Of a stretch of 64,000 bases of DNA, positions 16,834-28,458 are shown piece after piece. Both the position numbers and the translations under genes were made by a program. The number at the start of each line of letters is the position of its first letter. The stretch's first letter is position 1. Below the pieces are notes generated by a model that was not told the origin of the DNA, did not search any database, and worked only from the letters and a program-made list of their open reading frames with translations. Origin of the DNA: a virus; the IMG/VR virus record IMGVR_UViG_3300047497_000079, positions 1 to 64,000 of that record. One strand, given 5' to 3'.

Positions 16834-18705
16834 ATGGCTCAACTACCTATTTCCGACCTTGATTTCGAGACTCTGCGCTCGAATCTGTTGGCCTCTTTTC
16901 AAAGCAATACTGTTTTCCGGGACTACAACTTCGACGGTTCTGCTTTATCAATACTGCTAGATGTCCTAGCACACGACAGCTATTACAAAGCCTATTATTT
17001 AAATATGCTGTTCAATGAAGCATTCATTGATTCAGCCCTTCTGCGTGGACCTATGGTTTCAGCGGCCAAGGCCGTCGGTTATACACCAAAGTCGGCTCGT
17101 TCGGCCGTAGCCGTGCTCGACCTAGCACTGGTCCCATACTCTTTGTCGACGAACTTTGTCACCGTCCCCGCAGGCACAGCTTTCACCGGACAGGTCAATA
17201 ACCAGAACTACACCTTCTCGACCACCCAGGATTACACCGTAAACAAAAACGCGAACGGCGCTTACATGGTGACGGTTGCGGTGTACGAGGGCGATCCCGT
17301 CGTCCAGACTTATACGGTCCCGGCCTATTCCAACACCCTCACCGTTCCTATCAACAATGCCGGTATCGATGAGACGTCTCTGTCCGTCGTGGTCTTTCCC
17401 AATGCCAACTCCACGACGCAGACGCCATGGACGCGGGTTACGGATGTCCTCGGTGTCACGGCCAACTCGAACGTGTTCTTCTTCCAAGAGAACATGTACG
17501 GCCTCTTCGAGCTTCAGTTCGGCGACGGCGTGCTCGGAGCACAGCCCGAACCCGGTAACGTCATCTCCATCAGCTACACCGTATGCAACACCTCTGCCCC
17601 CAATGGGTGCAAGTTCTTCTCGCTCCCGGCCGCGATCCCGAATGTTGCCATCGCCACGATCAATCTCAACACGCCAGCCACGGGCGGGTCCGACAAGGAG
17701 AGCATCGACTCCATCCGGTTCAACGCCCCGCGCAATTATACCCAGCAGTACCGGAATGTTACGACGGCCGACTACACCCAAGCCATCGTCTCTCAGTTTC
17801 AGAACATCCAGGCCGTCTCGGTATGGGGCGGTGAACACAATACGACGCCCGATTATGGGAAGGTGTATATCTCCGTTAAGCCAACGACGGGCTTTACCCT
17901 GACGGCCTCGCAGAAGAGCCAGATCCAGACGGCCCTTGCGCCCTCAAACGTAATGGCCATCCAGACGGTCTTGATCGATCCCACGTTCAACTATATCGTT
18001 CCGCAGGTGAATGTGTGGTTCAATTCGCTGAAGACTTCGCTGTCGGCGACCCAGATCCTTGCCAATATTTCCGCGACCGTTCAGACCTTCGAGACCAACA
18101 CGCTCGGCACCTTCCAATCGCCTTTTTACTTTTCACGGTTCGCGGCGGCCATCGATGGCACCGATCCCTCGATCCTCGGAAACGATTCACGGATACTGGT
18201 CCAGAAGCGGTTCACGCCCCAGCTAAACTCGTCGTTCTCCTATGCCTTGAACTTCCATCAGGCCGTGGTCCATCCCTATGACGGGTATCTGGGAGCGATC
18301 ACGTCGACGGGCTTTACGGTACCGCTTTACGCGCAGACCCTGTACATCACTGATGACGGGTATGGCAATCTCGTCACTTACTATCTGTCGGGTACGAGCA
18401 AGGTCTATGTGGCCCCGGACGGCACCAACAAAAACATAGGCACGGTCAATTACAGTACTGGTCTATTGCAATTCACGCTTCCCGTTGCGAGCGTCGTCGA
18501 TGGATCAGGGGAAATCCAGATCAACATGGCCCCGGTGCTTAGGGATGTGACGCCAGGTTTCAACGAAATCTTGCTCATTACCCAGTGCAACATCAACCTA
18601 TATGATAGCGCTTCCGGCAATCTCGTCACTTCCGGCTCGGTCAATACAGCGGGCGATACGACGACCCTACAGCAGAACGGGTTTGCCACGGCCATCATCA
18701 TATGA
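16834..18705 (+). CDS. gp6: baseplate wedge subunit gp6
   Basis: LDFETLR..FRDYNFDGSALSILLDVLA..FGDGVLG..ESIDSIRFNAP. Confidence 0.92.
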   Translation: MAQLPISDLDFETLRSNLLASFQSNTVFRDYNFDGSALSILLDVLAHDSYYKAYYLNMLFNEAFIDSALLRGPMVSAAKAVGYTPKSARSAVAVLDLALVPYSLSTNFVTVPAGTAFTGQVNNQNYTFSTTQDYTVNKNANGAYMVTVAVYEGDPVVQTYTVPAYSNTLTVPINNAGIDETSLSVVVFPNANSTTQTPWTRVTDVLGVTANSNVFFFQENMYGLFELQFGDGVLGAQPEPGNVISISYTVCNTSAPNGCKFFSLPAAIPNVAIATINLNTPATGGSDKESIDSIRFNAPRNYTQQYRNVTTADYTQAIVSQFQNIQAVSVWGGEHNTTPDYGKVYISVKPTTGFTLTASQKSQIQTALAPSNVMAIQTVLIDPTFNYIVPQVNVWFNSLKTSLSATQILANISATVQTFETNTLGTFQSPFYFSRFAAAIDGTDPSILGNDSRILVQKRFTPQLNSSFSYALNFHQAVVHPYDGYLGAITSTGFTVPLYAQTLYITDDGYGNLVTYYLSGTSKVYVAPDGTNKNIGTVNYSTGLLQFTLPVASVVDGSGEIQINMAPVLRDVTPGFNEILLITQCNINLYDSASGNLVTSGSVNTAGDTTTLQQNGFATAIII

Positions 18706-20039
18706 TTGACTGGAAGTTAGCCTCCAAGCTTTTACCATCCCGTCTCCCGGAGTTCGTCCGTGAAGATGCCCGGATGTTCGTCTTATTCCTTTCGGCCTAC
18801 TATGATTGGCTCGACAATCAGGGCAACCCATCATGGGGCATCAACAATTTCCTGCTCGAACTCGACATCGATCAGACCGAGGCCAAGTTCATATCGTCCT
18901 TCTGGGATTCGTACATGGCGACGGTCCCTTCGTCGGCCCTTGCTGATCCCCGGTTACTACTCAAGCATATCAAGCCGTTTTATCTCGCAAGGGGTTCGGA
19001 GACCTCGTTTAGGTTCCTATTCCGGGTGTTTTTCAACACCGAGATCGATTTCTACTATCCAGGCAATGACATTTTCCGTCTCGATAACTCGGAATGGATC
19101 GTCCTCACCTCGCTCAAGATCACGCCCGCGGCCGGCATCGATCCGAACCAGTATCTGAACAGGGAAGTGTATGGGAGCACCTCAGGAGCACGCACGGGCA
19201 TCACCAACGTCATCTCCTATTACACGGCCGGCTTGCTCATTTTCGAGCTTTATTACGCCTCGTCCATCGGAGCATTCGTCGCGGGCGAAGAAGTCGTCGA
19301 CTACGAAACCAATGCCACCATCGGCACAATCATCGCAGGCGGCGTCGTCAGCTATCCAGGCTATTACGACACCTATAACTCGCAGCCCGACGGTCCCTGC
19401 AAGCTCCAGGACGATTATTATTATCAAGCCTATTCCTATGTCGTGAAATCCCCGATCTCGTCGTCGGCCTATGAGCAGCTCGTTGCCAATTTGCTCCACC
19501 CGGCCGGGACCCTGCTCTTCCCCCAGTTTCAGGGCTTTTCGCAAGAACAGCTTCCGATTGCGTCGATCCAGAATTCGGTCATCAGTCTCGACGTTCCCGT
19601 TGCCTATGCCCTGCCCTTGGCCTACGGCAATTCCGCCTTCGCCACGTCCACCCTGGCCTTGCCGCCGCTAGCCATTTACGACACCGATGTATCCGTCCCG
19701 GTCTCCTACGCCTCTTCCTACGAGCCATGGACGGTTCAGGCCGATTACATCCAGATCCAAACCTACGCGACCTTGGGTTCCATCGCCGGATTCACAGGCT
19801 CGATTGTCGCGAGCTGGCAGGGCGCTACGTTTACCAACGGCACGGGCGTCATCGGCATCGGCAATACGTCGTTCCTGTCCTATCTATCGGTGTCCCAGCC
19901 CGTGGAGATCATCGACGATTCGGGGGCCAATGCTCCCGCACCCAACGCCGTTGCGGCCGTCGATTCCAACACCACGATGCGGCTGGTCTTCCCCTATGCA
20001 GGCGGCTCCCTCGCGAACGGACAGATATACACTTACTAA
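18702..20039 (+). CDS. gp7: baseplate wedge subunit (gp7-like)
   Basis: LPEFVRE..FLSAYYDWL; RGSETSFRFLFR; LQDDYYYQAYSYVVKS..HPAG. Confidence 0.75.
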   Translation: MIDWKLASKLLPSRLPEFVREDARMFVLFLSAYYDWLDNQGNPSWGINNFLLELDIDQTEAKFISSFWDSYMATVPSSALADPRLLLKHIKPFYLARGSETSFRFLFRVFFNTEIDFYYPGNDIFRLDNSEWIVLTSLKITPAAGIDPNQYLNREVYGSTSGARTGITNVISYYTAGLLIFELYYASSIGAFVAGEEVVDYETNATIGTIIAGGVVSYPGYYDTYNSQPDGPCKLQDDYYYQAYSYVVKSPISSSAYEQLVANLLHPAGTLLFPQFQGFSQEQLPIASIQNSVISLDVPVAYALPLAYGNSAFATSTLALPPLAIYDTDVSVPVSYASSYEPWTVQADYIQIQTYATLGSIAGFTGSIVASWQGATFTNGTGVIGIGNTSFLSYLSVSQPVEIIDDSGANAPAPNAVAAVDSNTTMRLVFPYAGGSLANGQIYTY

Positions 20040-20053
20040 ATAATCGATTAGGG

Positions 20054-20569
20054 CTACAAATATTCTTTGTACTGGCGTAGCAAACTATCGTCCCCTTTGC
20101 TTGTTAGCGGAACATAGAACAGCATACGATTATCGGACTTTTCATGAACTCTAAAAACACGTTTGCCATTCAAAGCTCGCTTCATCAATGCCGCAAAGTT
20201 GTAGAACGTGTTGAAACGCTGGGAATTCTCGCAGATAAGCAGAATTATATCGCAGTAGCGAAACTTATTTAAATAGAAGAAGACCGCTTTTTTGACTAAC
20301 GCCATAATCTCCTGAGCATCCTTTAACGATAGATCGTTAATCTTGCTGTAGTGTTCGTTCACAGTAAAATCTATCTGAAGAATCAGGCATCCATCCTCTT
20401 TGTAGGTTGCGGCATAGACCCCGACTGGTATATTGCTCTTTGTTTTCTGAATAACTCCATGGGTATTGGGCTTGTGTAGCCAGCGCTTAACAAAGTTGGG
20501 TACAAAAGAGCGTGGATGATCGTTAAAGGCCGGGTGGGCCTCGTTTAAGAACTGTTGGAAGCTTTGCAT
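20054..20569 (-). CDS. putative internal head protein (capsid-targeting N-terminus)
   Basis: MQSFQQFLNE; ATAAATA 4 nt before ATG; inverted AT-rich insert between gp7 and gp8. Confidence 0.7.
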   Translation of the reverse strand: MQSFQQFLNEAHPAFNDHPRSFVPNFVKRWLHKPNTHGVIQKTKSNIPVGVYAATYKEDGCLILQIDFTVNEHYSKINDLSLKDAQEIMALVKKAVFFYLNKFRYCDIILLICENSQRFNTFYNFAALMKRALNGKRVFRVHEKSDNRMLFYVPLTSKGDDSLLRQYKEYL

Positions 20570-20620
20570 CCCATATTTATTAACGGCCTTATAAATACTT
20601 TTAAAGACTCACGGTAATCC

Positions 20621-22117
20621 ATGTCAGGCATAATCACGAACCACGTCCGGCTATTCGAGGCCAATACCTTCCTCAACCGCTTCAATTCGACGGACAATTT
20701 ATATCTCTATATCGCGCGGATTACGCCCTGGCCCAACGAGTCATCACCGCCGTCTGCGGCCGATACGGTGTTCTCGACCGATTACGACCTGTGGCGGCAG
20801 ATCTATGCCATGAAGAAGGTGTCCATTGGCAACATGTCCTTCGGCGTCCCCCGCTATAACTGGACGACGGGCACGGTGTACAACGAATACCGGGACAACG
20901 ATTCCTCGCTGATATCCGAACCATTTTTCGTGATCACGTCGGCCCTGAACGTGTACAAGTGCTTGTATAACAATGGCGGGGCCACATCCACCGTACAGCC
21001 CACGGGCACGTCGACGTCGTCATTCCAGACGGCGGACGGATACATATGGAAGTTTCTCTATCAAGTCTCGGCCTCGGGCGCGACGACCTTCCTGACGCCG
21101 TCGTTCATCCCCGTTCAAACCATCGCCTCGAACGACGGATCGGCACAATGGTCGGTACAACAGGCAGCAATCCCAGGTTCCGTCGAAGTCATCGACGTCA
21201 TTTCGGGCGGCACGGGCTTTACGGGCGATGCCAACACGGCTTCGACGGCGTCGGCTTCCACAATCACCCTCCAGACTTCGGCCGCCACGGGCAAGCTCAA
21301 CGGCTCTGTCGTCTATATCTCCTCAGGCACTGGCGCGGGTCAGCTCAGGACTATCACGGCCTGGAACGGGTCCACCAAGGTTGCCACCATTTCCCCCAAC
21401 TGGACGACGACGCCCGATGGCACGTCTTCATACGTCGTCGGCGCACAGATCACGGTGGCGGGCGATGGACAGGGTTTAACGGCCTATGGCCTCGTCTCCA
21501 ACACGGGTGTCATAACGTCCGTACCCGTCGTCTCAAAGGGCAATTCCTACACCATCGTATCTGCCACGGCCTCGGCAAATGGCGGTTCTGGAGCCAACCT
21601 CGACGCGTACGTAAGCCCTCGGGGCGGACATGGTTCGGATGCCGTGTCAGAGCTATTCGGGACCAATATCATCTTCTATGCGCAGCTCAATGGCACCGAG
21701 AGCAACACGATTTCTGCCTCGAACCAGTACCGGGTGCTGGGCCTGATCCTTGATCCGCTCCTCGCCAATGGTTCGCCGGCGACAGGGGCCGTTTACGATC
21801 AGACCACGCATCTAACCATCACGTCTCCCGTGGGCACATTCACGAACGACGAGGAGATCGTGGGCCAGACCTCGGGGGCAACGGGCTATCTCGTCGATGA
21901 TACGTCGAACGTCCTCCGTCTCGTCAATGTGACGGGCACCTTTGCCAATGCGGAAAGCGTCGTGGGGCAATCGTCATCTGCACACGGCACTGTTTCAGCA
22001 ATTTCCGCATCTCCTCTTAAACTTTTTACTGGAAACATCCTCACCGTCGAAAATAGGCTTTCTGTATCAAGATCACCGAACCAAGCCGAAACTTTCCAGA
22101 TTGTGATGGAATTCTGA
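20621..22117 (+). CDS. gp8: baseplate wedge subunit gp8
   Basis: LYIARITPW..PRYNWTTG..VYKCLYN..DGYIWKFLY..GGHGSD; TATAAATA upstream. Confidence 0.88.
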   Translation: MSGIITNHVRLFEANTFLNRFNSTDNLYLYIARITPWPNESSPPSAADTVFSTDYDLWRQIYAMKKVSIGNMSFGVPRYNWTTGTVYNEYRDNDSSLISEPFFVITSALNVYKCLYNNGGATSTVQPTGTSTSSFQTADGYIWKFLYQVSASGATTFLTPSFIPVQTIASNDGSAQWSVQQAAIPGSVEVIDVISGGTGFTGDANTASTASASTITLQTSAATGKLNGSVVYISSGTGAGQLRTITAWNGSTKVATISPNWTTTPDGTSSYVVGAQITVAGDGQGLTAYGLVSNTGVITSVPVVSKGNSYTIVSATASANGGSGANLDAYVSPRGGHGSDAVSELFGTNIIFYAQLNGTESNTISASNQYRVLGLILDPLLANGSPATGAVYDQTTHLTITSPVGTFTNDEEIVGQTSGATGYLVDDTSNVLRLVNVTGTFANAESVVGQSSSAHGTVSAISASPLKLFTGNILTVENRLSVSRSPNQAETFQIVMEF

Positions 22118-22157
22118 TCCATCACACTAAATACTTAAAACGCTTTAATCCTTCTAC

Positions 22158-25100
22158 ATGGCAAACACTTCAAATACGAATTCTGCTGACAATACGGTCC
22201 CGTGGATTGATACCAACCTATCGGAATATCCGTATTTTGATGACACCGACGAAACCAAGGATTATGAGCGGGTTCTATTTAAGCCTACCGTTGGCCTTCA
22301 GACTCGTGAGCTAAATGCTCTTCAGACTTATATCCAGAAGCAAAATGCCCGCGTCACGTCTTCCATATTCCAGGACGGCACCCGGATCAAAGGCGGGTCG
22401 TTTAACATTGACCTCAACGCAAATTATGTACGGCTTCAAGACAATGATCAGTTCGGTCATGCCGTAAACGTAACTAATTTTGCTAACACAGTTATTACTG
22501 GTGCTACTTCAGGTGTTAAGGCCCATGTCAGCCTTGTTCAGGCAGGTACACAGGCGGCTTCACCAAATACAAATCTACTCATTGTAAAATATACCGCTGC
22601 TTCTAGTTCGAATAATTCCGTTACGACATTTACGCCCGGTGAGATTATTTCATCTGATACGGGTTTCACTGCAACTGTAATAAACCTGACCTCTGCACTA
22701 GGATCTGCTTCGACGATGAAAGTCGACGACGGCATATTCTTTTGCAAAGGATTTCCCGTTCGCTTTTCCAAAAGTTCCATTATCCTTGATCCCGCAAGCT
22801 CGACACCTTCGTGCCGTGTAGGTATCATCGTCAACGAAAACATCGTAAATTACGAAGAAGATCCAACTCTTCTTTCTAATGCCGCAGGCTTCAACAATTA
22901 TAACGCACCGGGCGCGGATCGGCTTCAACTGCTCCCCGAACTTACGATCCTCGGACTTACTGAGTCTGTACCGTCGAACTTTTCTCAGATCTGCGTGCTA
23001 TCAAATGGTGTCATTCAGTCAGTAAACCAGCCCGATACTCTATCGAATGTGATGGACGTTTTGGCTCAGAGACAGTACGAGACCACTGGGAACTTTGTCG
23101 CCAACGGCATGAACCTCAGTGTGGTCGAATGTCTCGATAGCGGTATCAACAACGGGTATTTGTCTGCTAATAATGGTGGCAACACCTATCAACTTGCCGT
23201 TGGTGTCCAGCCTGGGTATGCCTTTGTAAAAGGCTATAACGTCCAGTACTATGTCACTCAGTGGGATCTTATCGACAAGGGCATTGATTATGTCAATGTT
23301 GACTCCGTTACAATTCAGACAAATTACGGAAACTATGCGAATGTAAAGCAGCTTGCTGGTTATTTCGATACCGTCAATGGCACTCCTGTAAGCTTATACA
23401 GTGCCAACCAGTATGCTCTCTCCAACAATACCTACGTGTCTGGAAGCTATAATGGTTCGATCATAGGCACGGCTCGTGTTCGTGAAGTCGAGCTTCAGAC
23501 AGGCAACTATGACGACGCTGCCGCAACATTCAACGTCTATCTGTACGATGTAAAAATGACGGCCAACGATTTTTCGGCTGTCTGTTCTATCGTTTCAAAT
23601 ACTGGTGTATGCGATATCATTCCCGATGCTTCGTCAAATACAGCTTATCTATATGACGCAAGTTTCGACGACGCCGTCTTCCCCATTGCAAATCAGGCAA
23701 TCCGGACGATCAGAAACGCCAACGGCAATGTTGTAAACTCTTATGAGTTTACACAGTCCTTTCCCGTGACGATTGCGTCTTCGGGGACTTTTACCGTTGC
23801 AACGGGAAGTTCAAGCGAAACGTTTCCCTACTCTCCCGGTCTGTTAAATAGTACCCAGGTCCAAGACTTTATGGTTGTCTTGCAGGGTAGCGCAAACGTT
23901 GCCCTCCAGGGAACAGTCACGACTGTCAATGGCAATACCACTGTTACCGGCGCGAATACAATATTTTCTACACAGCTCCGGGAATCTGACAAGATAAATG
24001 TTGGCGGCAATCTGTATCGCGTTGCTAATGTCAATTCGAACACCAGTCTAACCCTTTGGCATCCCGCCACATCCAATGCGACGTCCTCTTTTTCGAAGCA
24101 GTATATTAGCGGCGACATCGTCCCATTCAATGTAAATGGTACGAGTGGCACTGCACGTACCATCACCGCAAGTTCATCGACGTCTGCTGCTTTCAACCTT
24201 GAGGAAACACTATCCAATAACGTTTCGGCCGTTGTCTTCTGTAAGCTTATTAAGGCTAACGCAACGGAGAAGAAGAAACACTTAAATAACGCTTATGTAA
24301 TAATTGATACTACGACCCATTCTGCTAATACCGTTGGCCCCTATTCATTGGGTTTCGCGGACATTTACAGCGTTATTAGCTGCCGTACGTCAGCCAACGC
24401 TTTTGTTAATGTAACGGACGGAACCGACGTCTCGTCATATTTTCTGTTCAATACAGGACAGAATGATGATTTGTATGGTCTCGGTTCTATGTCCATCGCT
24501 AACACTAGCGTCGTGCTGGATCGTTATTTGTTGGTCAATGTTGCCTTTTTCTCACATGACTTTTCACAGGGGTCGTGCTTCTTTACAGTCGACTCGTACC
24601 CCGTTGACGACACGACGTACACGAGCAACTCCACGATTAGGACGGAGTTAATACCATACTTCCAGTCACCTTCGGATGGTACCTTATACAGTCTTCGTCA
24701 GTGCATAGATTTTCGCCCTGCTTTGGTAAATACAGCAGCTAATTCTGCTACCATATCAGGTGCTACCACCAACCCGTCTGCCAATTCCACTCTAAATGTG
24801 CCATCGGGTGGCTTACATTTTCCGGTTATCGACTCAAACTTTACCTCTTCCTTCTCTTATTACCAGGGCCGTGTCGATCTCGTCACTCTTACGCCAACCG
24901 GAGGGCTCAATGTCATTCGTGGTGCGCCGGCAGATAGCCCTGTAACGCCACAGACGCCTTCTTCGACCATGGCTCTTGGCACTGTTCAAGTGCCTCCCTA
25001 TCCGTCCTTGGCCAACACCGTCACGACGTCCTGGTTGGGTTCCAAGGGTTATACGATGCAGATGATCGGGGCGCTTGAGACCCGCATCGCCGCGCTTGAA

Positions 25101-28100
25101 TATTATTCCAGTCTCAACCTATTGGAGCAGAGCACGAGTGCGCTGCAAATTCTCGACTCTAACGGGCTGAACCGATTCAAAAATGGGTTCATTGCAGATA
25201 ATTTCTCTGGCTCGAATATCGTAAATGTGTATGACGTTGAATACCTCTGCTCTATTGACACCACAAATCAATTGTGCCGCCCCCGCTTCTACCTTAATCA
25301 GGTAAAGCTTGACTACGATCAAGTACATTCAAATAACTGTGTCACATCCGCTAACGCAGTATCACTGATACTAGCCAGTAATAACACCACGTTTGTAGCA
25401 GGCCAGGCTTTTCAGACCAATTCTGCAAGCGGCACTGTCGTTGCAACACATGGCAACCGAGTTTATCTGGAAAATATCATCGGGACATTTGCCGCTAATT
25501 CTTACACGCTTGAAACCAACAGCTCACCGACGACCTATCAGATCACGAGCGTTGTTCCATCTGTCAATGGATCGTTGCTAACTCTGCCATGGACCAACTA
25601 TCTCGCGATACAGCAACCCTATGCGACAGAAACACGGAATGCTGCTGGTCTGGAATGGGATTGGGTAGGCAACGTAACTCTATACCCACCTTCCGATTAC
25701 TGGGTTGATACGAACCAAAGCGCAGACGTGGTTCTAAACGTCGGCGACCAGAATGATAACTGGGAGGCCAACAATGGCTGGGTTACGACCTGGAATTCTT
25801 GGCAGACCGTCTGGACTGGCACGAGCACGTCGAATACAACTACAACTCAGATAACTGTTAATAGCGCCAGTGATTTGACAGATATTACTGCTGTCGCGCA
25901 GTATGTCATTAACGGTGGCACTTTGACCTTAGGTCGTCTTGGGGGCAATTATGGGCTCTCCACAATTGAAAGCCGTTGGTCGTCGTTTTTTTCAGACAAT
26001 GAACCTCTTCAAGGTGTAATTGCTTGGTTACAAGAGGAGTTATCTCGTTACGGATCGAGCGGTGTAGAAACCGTTACTATTCAGAACGGCGTATCTACTA
26101 CCAACACGGTACAGACCAGGACGGGCACTTCTTCCTTAACGACCTATTCAGAGCAGACATCGACGGTCGGTGATTATGTGATTGACACATCACTCAATCC
26201 CTACATGCGCTCGCAGGCTATTGTGTTTGTGGCCACGGGAATGAAGCCAAATGCACAGCTCTATCCATTTTTCGACAACATCGCGGTCTCTCAATATTGT
26301 GCTCCCCTGGCGAATGTGAGTTTCCAGAATTCTTTGATTTCAGTCGCCAATACGAATGCGTATATACCACTGCAATCGTCCTTGGACCAGGCTTTAGCGA
26401 CGGGGATCGAGGTTCCGACTCTTGGCGATCCTTTGATAAGTGATGCTAATGGTAATGTGATCGGTGTTTTCTATCTTCCTGATAATCCAAATCGGCAGTT
26501 TAATGTTGGTTCGGTCGTTTTCCGGCTTTCGGATTCTTTGGTCAATTCTAATACCGTGGGCGATGTCACCACCTCGGCCGAGGCTACCTATTCTGCATAT
26601 GGTATTACGGATACCACGTCCAATCTGATCGTTTCGACGCAGGTAGCCTCGACCCAGACACAGAGCGTTACCCAGACTCAGACTTTATCTTCGACGACTA
26701 CGACCTCACAAGTCGTAGCGGCGGCACTTTATGAGCCCATTGTACAGTCTTTCTCGGTTCCGTTGCCTTCCAGTGAAACGGCCGAGGGAGTGTTTGTCAC
26801 ACGGCTTGATTTGTTCTTCCAGACCGCCGATCCGGTGCAACCCGTTACGATCAGTCTCGTTGCCCTTGACCCCAGCACCGCACAGGTTACCAGCACTACC
26901 ATCCCTCTATCTACCAAGATCCTGTATCCTGGAGATATTAACGTATCTGCGGATGGAACGGTCCCCACGCCGTTCTATTTCGACTCGCCGATCTATCTGA
27001 CGGCCGGTCAAATGTATGGATTTAAGATTTTCCCAGGTGGAAGTAACCCGAATTATAACGTGTGGGTCGCCACTCTCGGCCAGACGGATGTCTCCACGGG
27101 TATACAGGTCATACAAAATCCTGCGTCGGGCAATCTTTTCGTTTCGTCAAACGATCAAACGTATACGGCCGTAACAAATCAGCAGGTTAAGTTTAATCTG
27201 TACGTGGCACAGTTCAACACATCAGTGCAAGGTTCTGCCGTTCTTTATAATGATCCCCAAGAGTATTTGCAGCTATCTTCCAATACTGGCGGTGCCTACT
27301 TTATGACGGGCGAGCCGATATTTGGTCCGACCACTATCACTCTCTCAAATGTCGCAAATGGAACTCCCGTCGTCGGAGATATCGTCCGTGGGTCTACATC
27401 TAACACGTCGGGCTATATTACTGCCGTGTCTAATAATGTTCTAACTGTTACGCCTTGGGCCAATCAGTTAGGGGCTTCCTACTTCTCGAACGATGCCATG
27501 ACCATTCTTTATGCGAATGGATCGGCTACGGGCATAACCTCTAACACTATTTCTGTTACCTTCCCTTCGGGCCTACAGTCCAGTTCGTCGCTCGGAACGC
27601 TGGTATTGAATACTATGTCAAATACGCAGTTTCAGGTGAACAACACTATTGTTGGACAGTTTGCTGGCCTCTCCAGTGTTTTAAATTCCTTTGGCAATAT
27701 CCAATATGACGTTTATCAGCCGACGATATCATCGCTTGTGTTTCCGAAAACATCTATTGCTTGGGCGGCTAAGACAACTTCTAACACGGGAACATTGGAT
27801 AGCTCCTATAATGCATGTGTGGTGAACAACAATAATAATTGTCTCGGACAGCGCGTAATCTATACCAATACTTACGAAAAGAACATGCTGGGTGATCATT
27901 CATTCAAGTTGAATGGCATTTTATCCACCTCGGACGCTTATCTGTCTCCTGTGATCGATCTCACCAGGAGCGGTGTCATCCTGGTTGGTAACATCATAAA
28001 CAATGTGACTACAAATGAGACGACACCTCATGCGGGCCAAGCAGCCGCGAAATATGTTACCCGTTTAGCAACTCTTGATGCCAATATGGATGCCGAGGAT

Positions 28101-28451
28101 ATCGTCGTCTATGTCACGGCATACCGCCCGCCCGGAACCGACTTGCCTGTGTATGTAAAGCTATCCAATTTCCAAGATACGCTTGCGACGAATGACCATA
28201 ATTGGGTTCAACTCGTGCCGGATGGCACAGCTTATTCGGACGCGACCGATCCGACGGATTACATAGAATATACCTATAACTTGCCTTCTTCGGTTATGAC
28301 GGGTCCTGATGGTGGTTACCAGTACGTCGGTCCTAACAACGTGACGTTCTCTTCATTCCGAAACTACATAATCAAGATCGTGATGATTTCCGATGATTCT
28401 TCCAATGTTCCGCTCCTAAGTAATATGAGAGCGGTCTGTCTCCAGATGTAG
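22158..28451 (+). CDS. large virion structural protein (DUF4815/VrlC-like)
   Basis: PYFDD..RVLFKP..LQTRELN.LQ; APGADRL; LEYYSSLNLLE..RFKNGFIADNF. Confidence 0.8.
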   Translation: MANTSNTNSADNTVPWIDTNLSEYPYFDDTDETKDYERVLFKPTVGLQTRELNALQTYIQKQNARVTSSIFQDGTRIKGGSFNIDLNANYVRLQDNDQFGHAVNVTNFANTVITGATSGVKAHVSLVQAGTQAASPNTNLLIVKYTAASSSNNSVTTFTPGEIISSDTGFTATVINLTSALGSASTMKVDDGIFFCKGFPVRFSKSSIILDPASSTPSCRVGIIVNENIVNYEEDPTLLSNAAGFNNYNAPGADRLQLLPELTILGLTESVPSNFSQICVLSNGVIQSVNQPDTLSNVMDVLAQRQYETTGNFVANGMNLSVVECLDSGINNGYLSANNGGNTYQLAVGVQPGYAFVKGYNVQYYVTQWDLIDKGIDYVNVDSVTIQTNYGNYANVKQLAGYFDTVNGTPVSLYSANQYALSNNTYVSGSYNGSIIGTARVREVELQTGNYDDAAATFNVYLYDVKMTANDFSAVCSIVSNTGVCDIIPDASSNTAYLYDASFDDAVFPIANQAIRTIRNANGNVVNSYEFTQSFPVTIASSGTFTVATGSSSETFPYSPGLLNSTQVQDFMVVLQGSANVALQGTVTTVNGNTTVTGANTIFSTQLRESDKINVGGNLYRVANVNSNTSLTLWHPATSNATSSFSKQYISGDIVPFNVNGTSGTARTITASSSTSAAFNLEETLSNNVSAVVFCKLIKANATEKKKHLNNAYVIIDTTTHSANTVGPYSLGFADIYSVISCRTSANAFVNVTDGTDVSSYFLFNTGQNDDLYGLGSMSIANTSVVLDRYLLVNVAFFSHDFSQGSCFFTVDSYPVDDTTYTSNSTIRTELIPYFQSPSDGTLYSLRQCIDFRPALVNTAANSATISGATTNPSANSTLNVPSGGLHFPVIDSNFTSSFSYYQGRVDLVTLTPTGGLNVIRGAPADSPVTPQTPSSTMALGTVQVPPYPSLANTVTTSWLGSKGYTMQMIGALETRIAALEYYSSLNLLEQSTSALQILDSNGLNRFKNGFIADNFSGSNIVNVYDVEYLCSIDTTNQLCRPRFYLNQVKLDYDQVHSNNCVTSANAVSLILASNNTTFVAGQAFQTNSASGTVVATHGNRVYLENIIGTFAANSYTLETNSSPTTYQITSVVPSVNGSLLTLPWTNYLAIQQPYATETRNAAGLEWDWVGNVTLYPPSDYWVDTNQSADVVLNVGDQNDNWEANNGWVTTWNSWQTVWTGTSTSNTTTTQITVNSASDLTDITAVAQYVINGGTLTLGRLGGNYGLSTIESRWSSFFSDNEPLQGVIAWLQEELSRYGSSGVETVTIQNGVSTTNTVQTRTGTSSLTTYSEQTSTVGDYVIDTSLNPYMRSQAIVFVATGMKPNAQLYPFFDNIAVSQYCAPLANVSFQNSLISVANTNAYIPLQSSLDQALATGIEVPTLGDPLISDANGNVIGVFYLPDNPNRQFNVGSVVFRLSDSLVNSNTVGDVTTSAEATYSAYGITDTTSNLIVSTQVASTQTQSVTQTQTLSSTTTTSQVVAAALYEPIVQSFSVPLPSSETAEGVFVTRLDLFFQTADPVQPVTISLVALDPSTAQVTSTTIPLSTKILYPGDINVSADGTVPTPFYFDSPIYLTAGQMYGFKIFPGGSNPNYNVWVATLGQTDVSTGIQVIQNPASGNLFVSSNDQTYTAVTNQQVKFNLYVAQFNTSVQGSAVLYNDPQEYLQLSSNTGGAYFMTGEPIFGPTTITLSNVANGTPVVGDIVRGSTSNTSGYITAVSNNVLTVTPWANQLGASYFSNDAMTILYANGSATGITSNTISVTFPSGLQSSSSLGTLVLNTMSNTQFQVNNTIVGQFAGLSSVLNSFGNIQYDVYQPTISSLVFPKTSIAWAAKTTSNTGTLDSSYNACVVNNNNNCLGQRVIYTNTYEKNMLGDHSFKLNGILSTSDAYLSPVIDLTRSGVILVGNIINNVTTNETTPHAGQAAAKYVTRLATLDANMDAEDIVVYVTAYRPPGTDLPVYVKLSNFQDTLATNDHNWVQLVPDGTAYSDATDPTDYIEYTYNLPSSVMTGPDGGYQYVGPNNVTFSSFRNYIIKIVMISDDSSNVPLLSNMRAVCLQM

Positions 28452-28458
28452 GTGACAG

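Noticed and set aside
17122-21753. Long alternative-frame and antisense ORFs over gp6-gp8 (also 35083-35883 and within rtcB)
   Set aside because: Shadow ORFs caused by high GC3 codon bias in genuine genes
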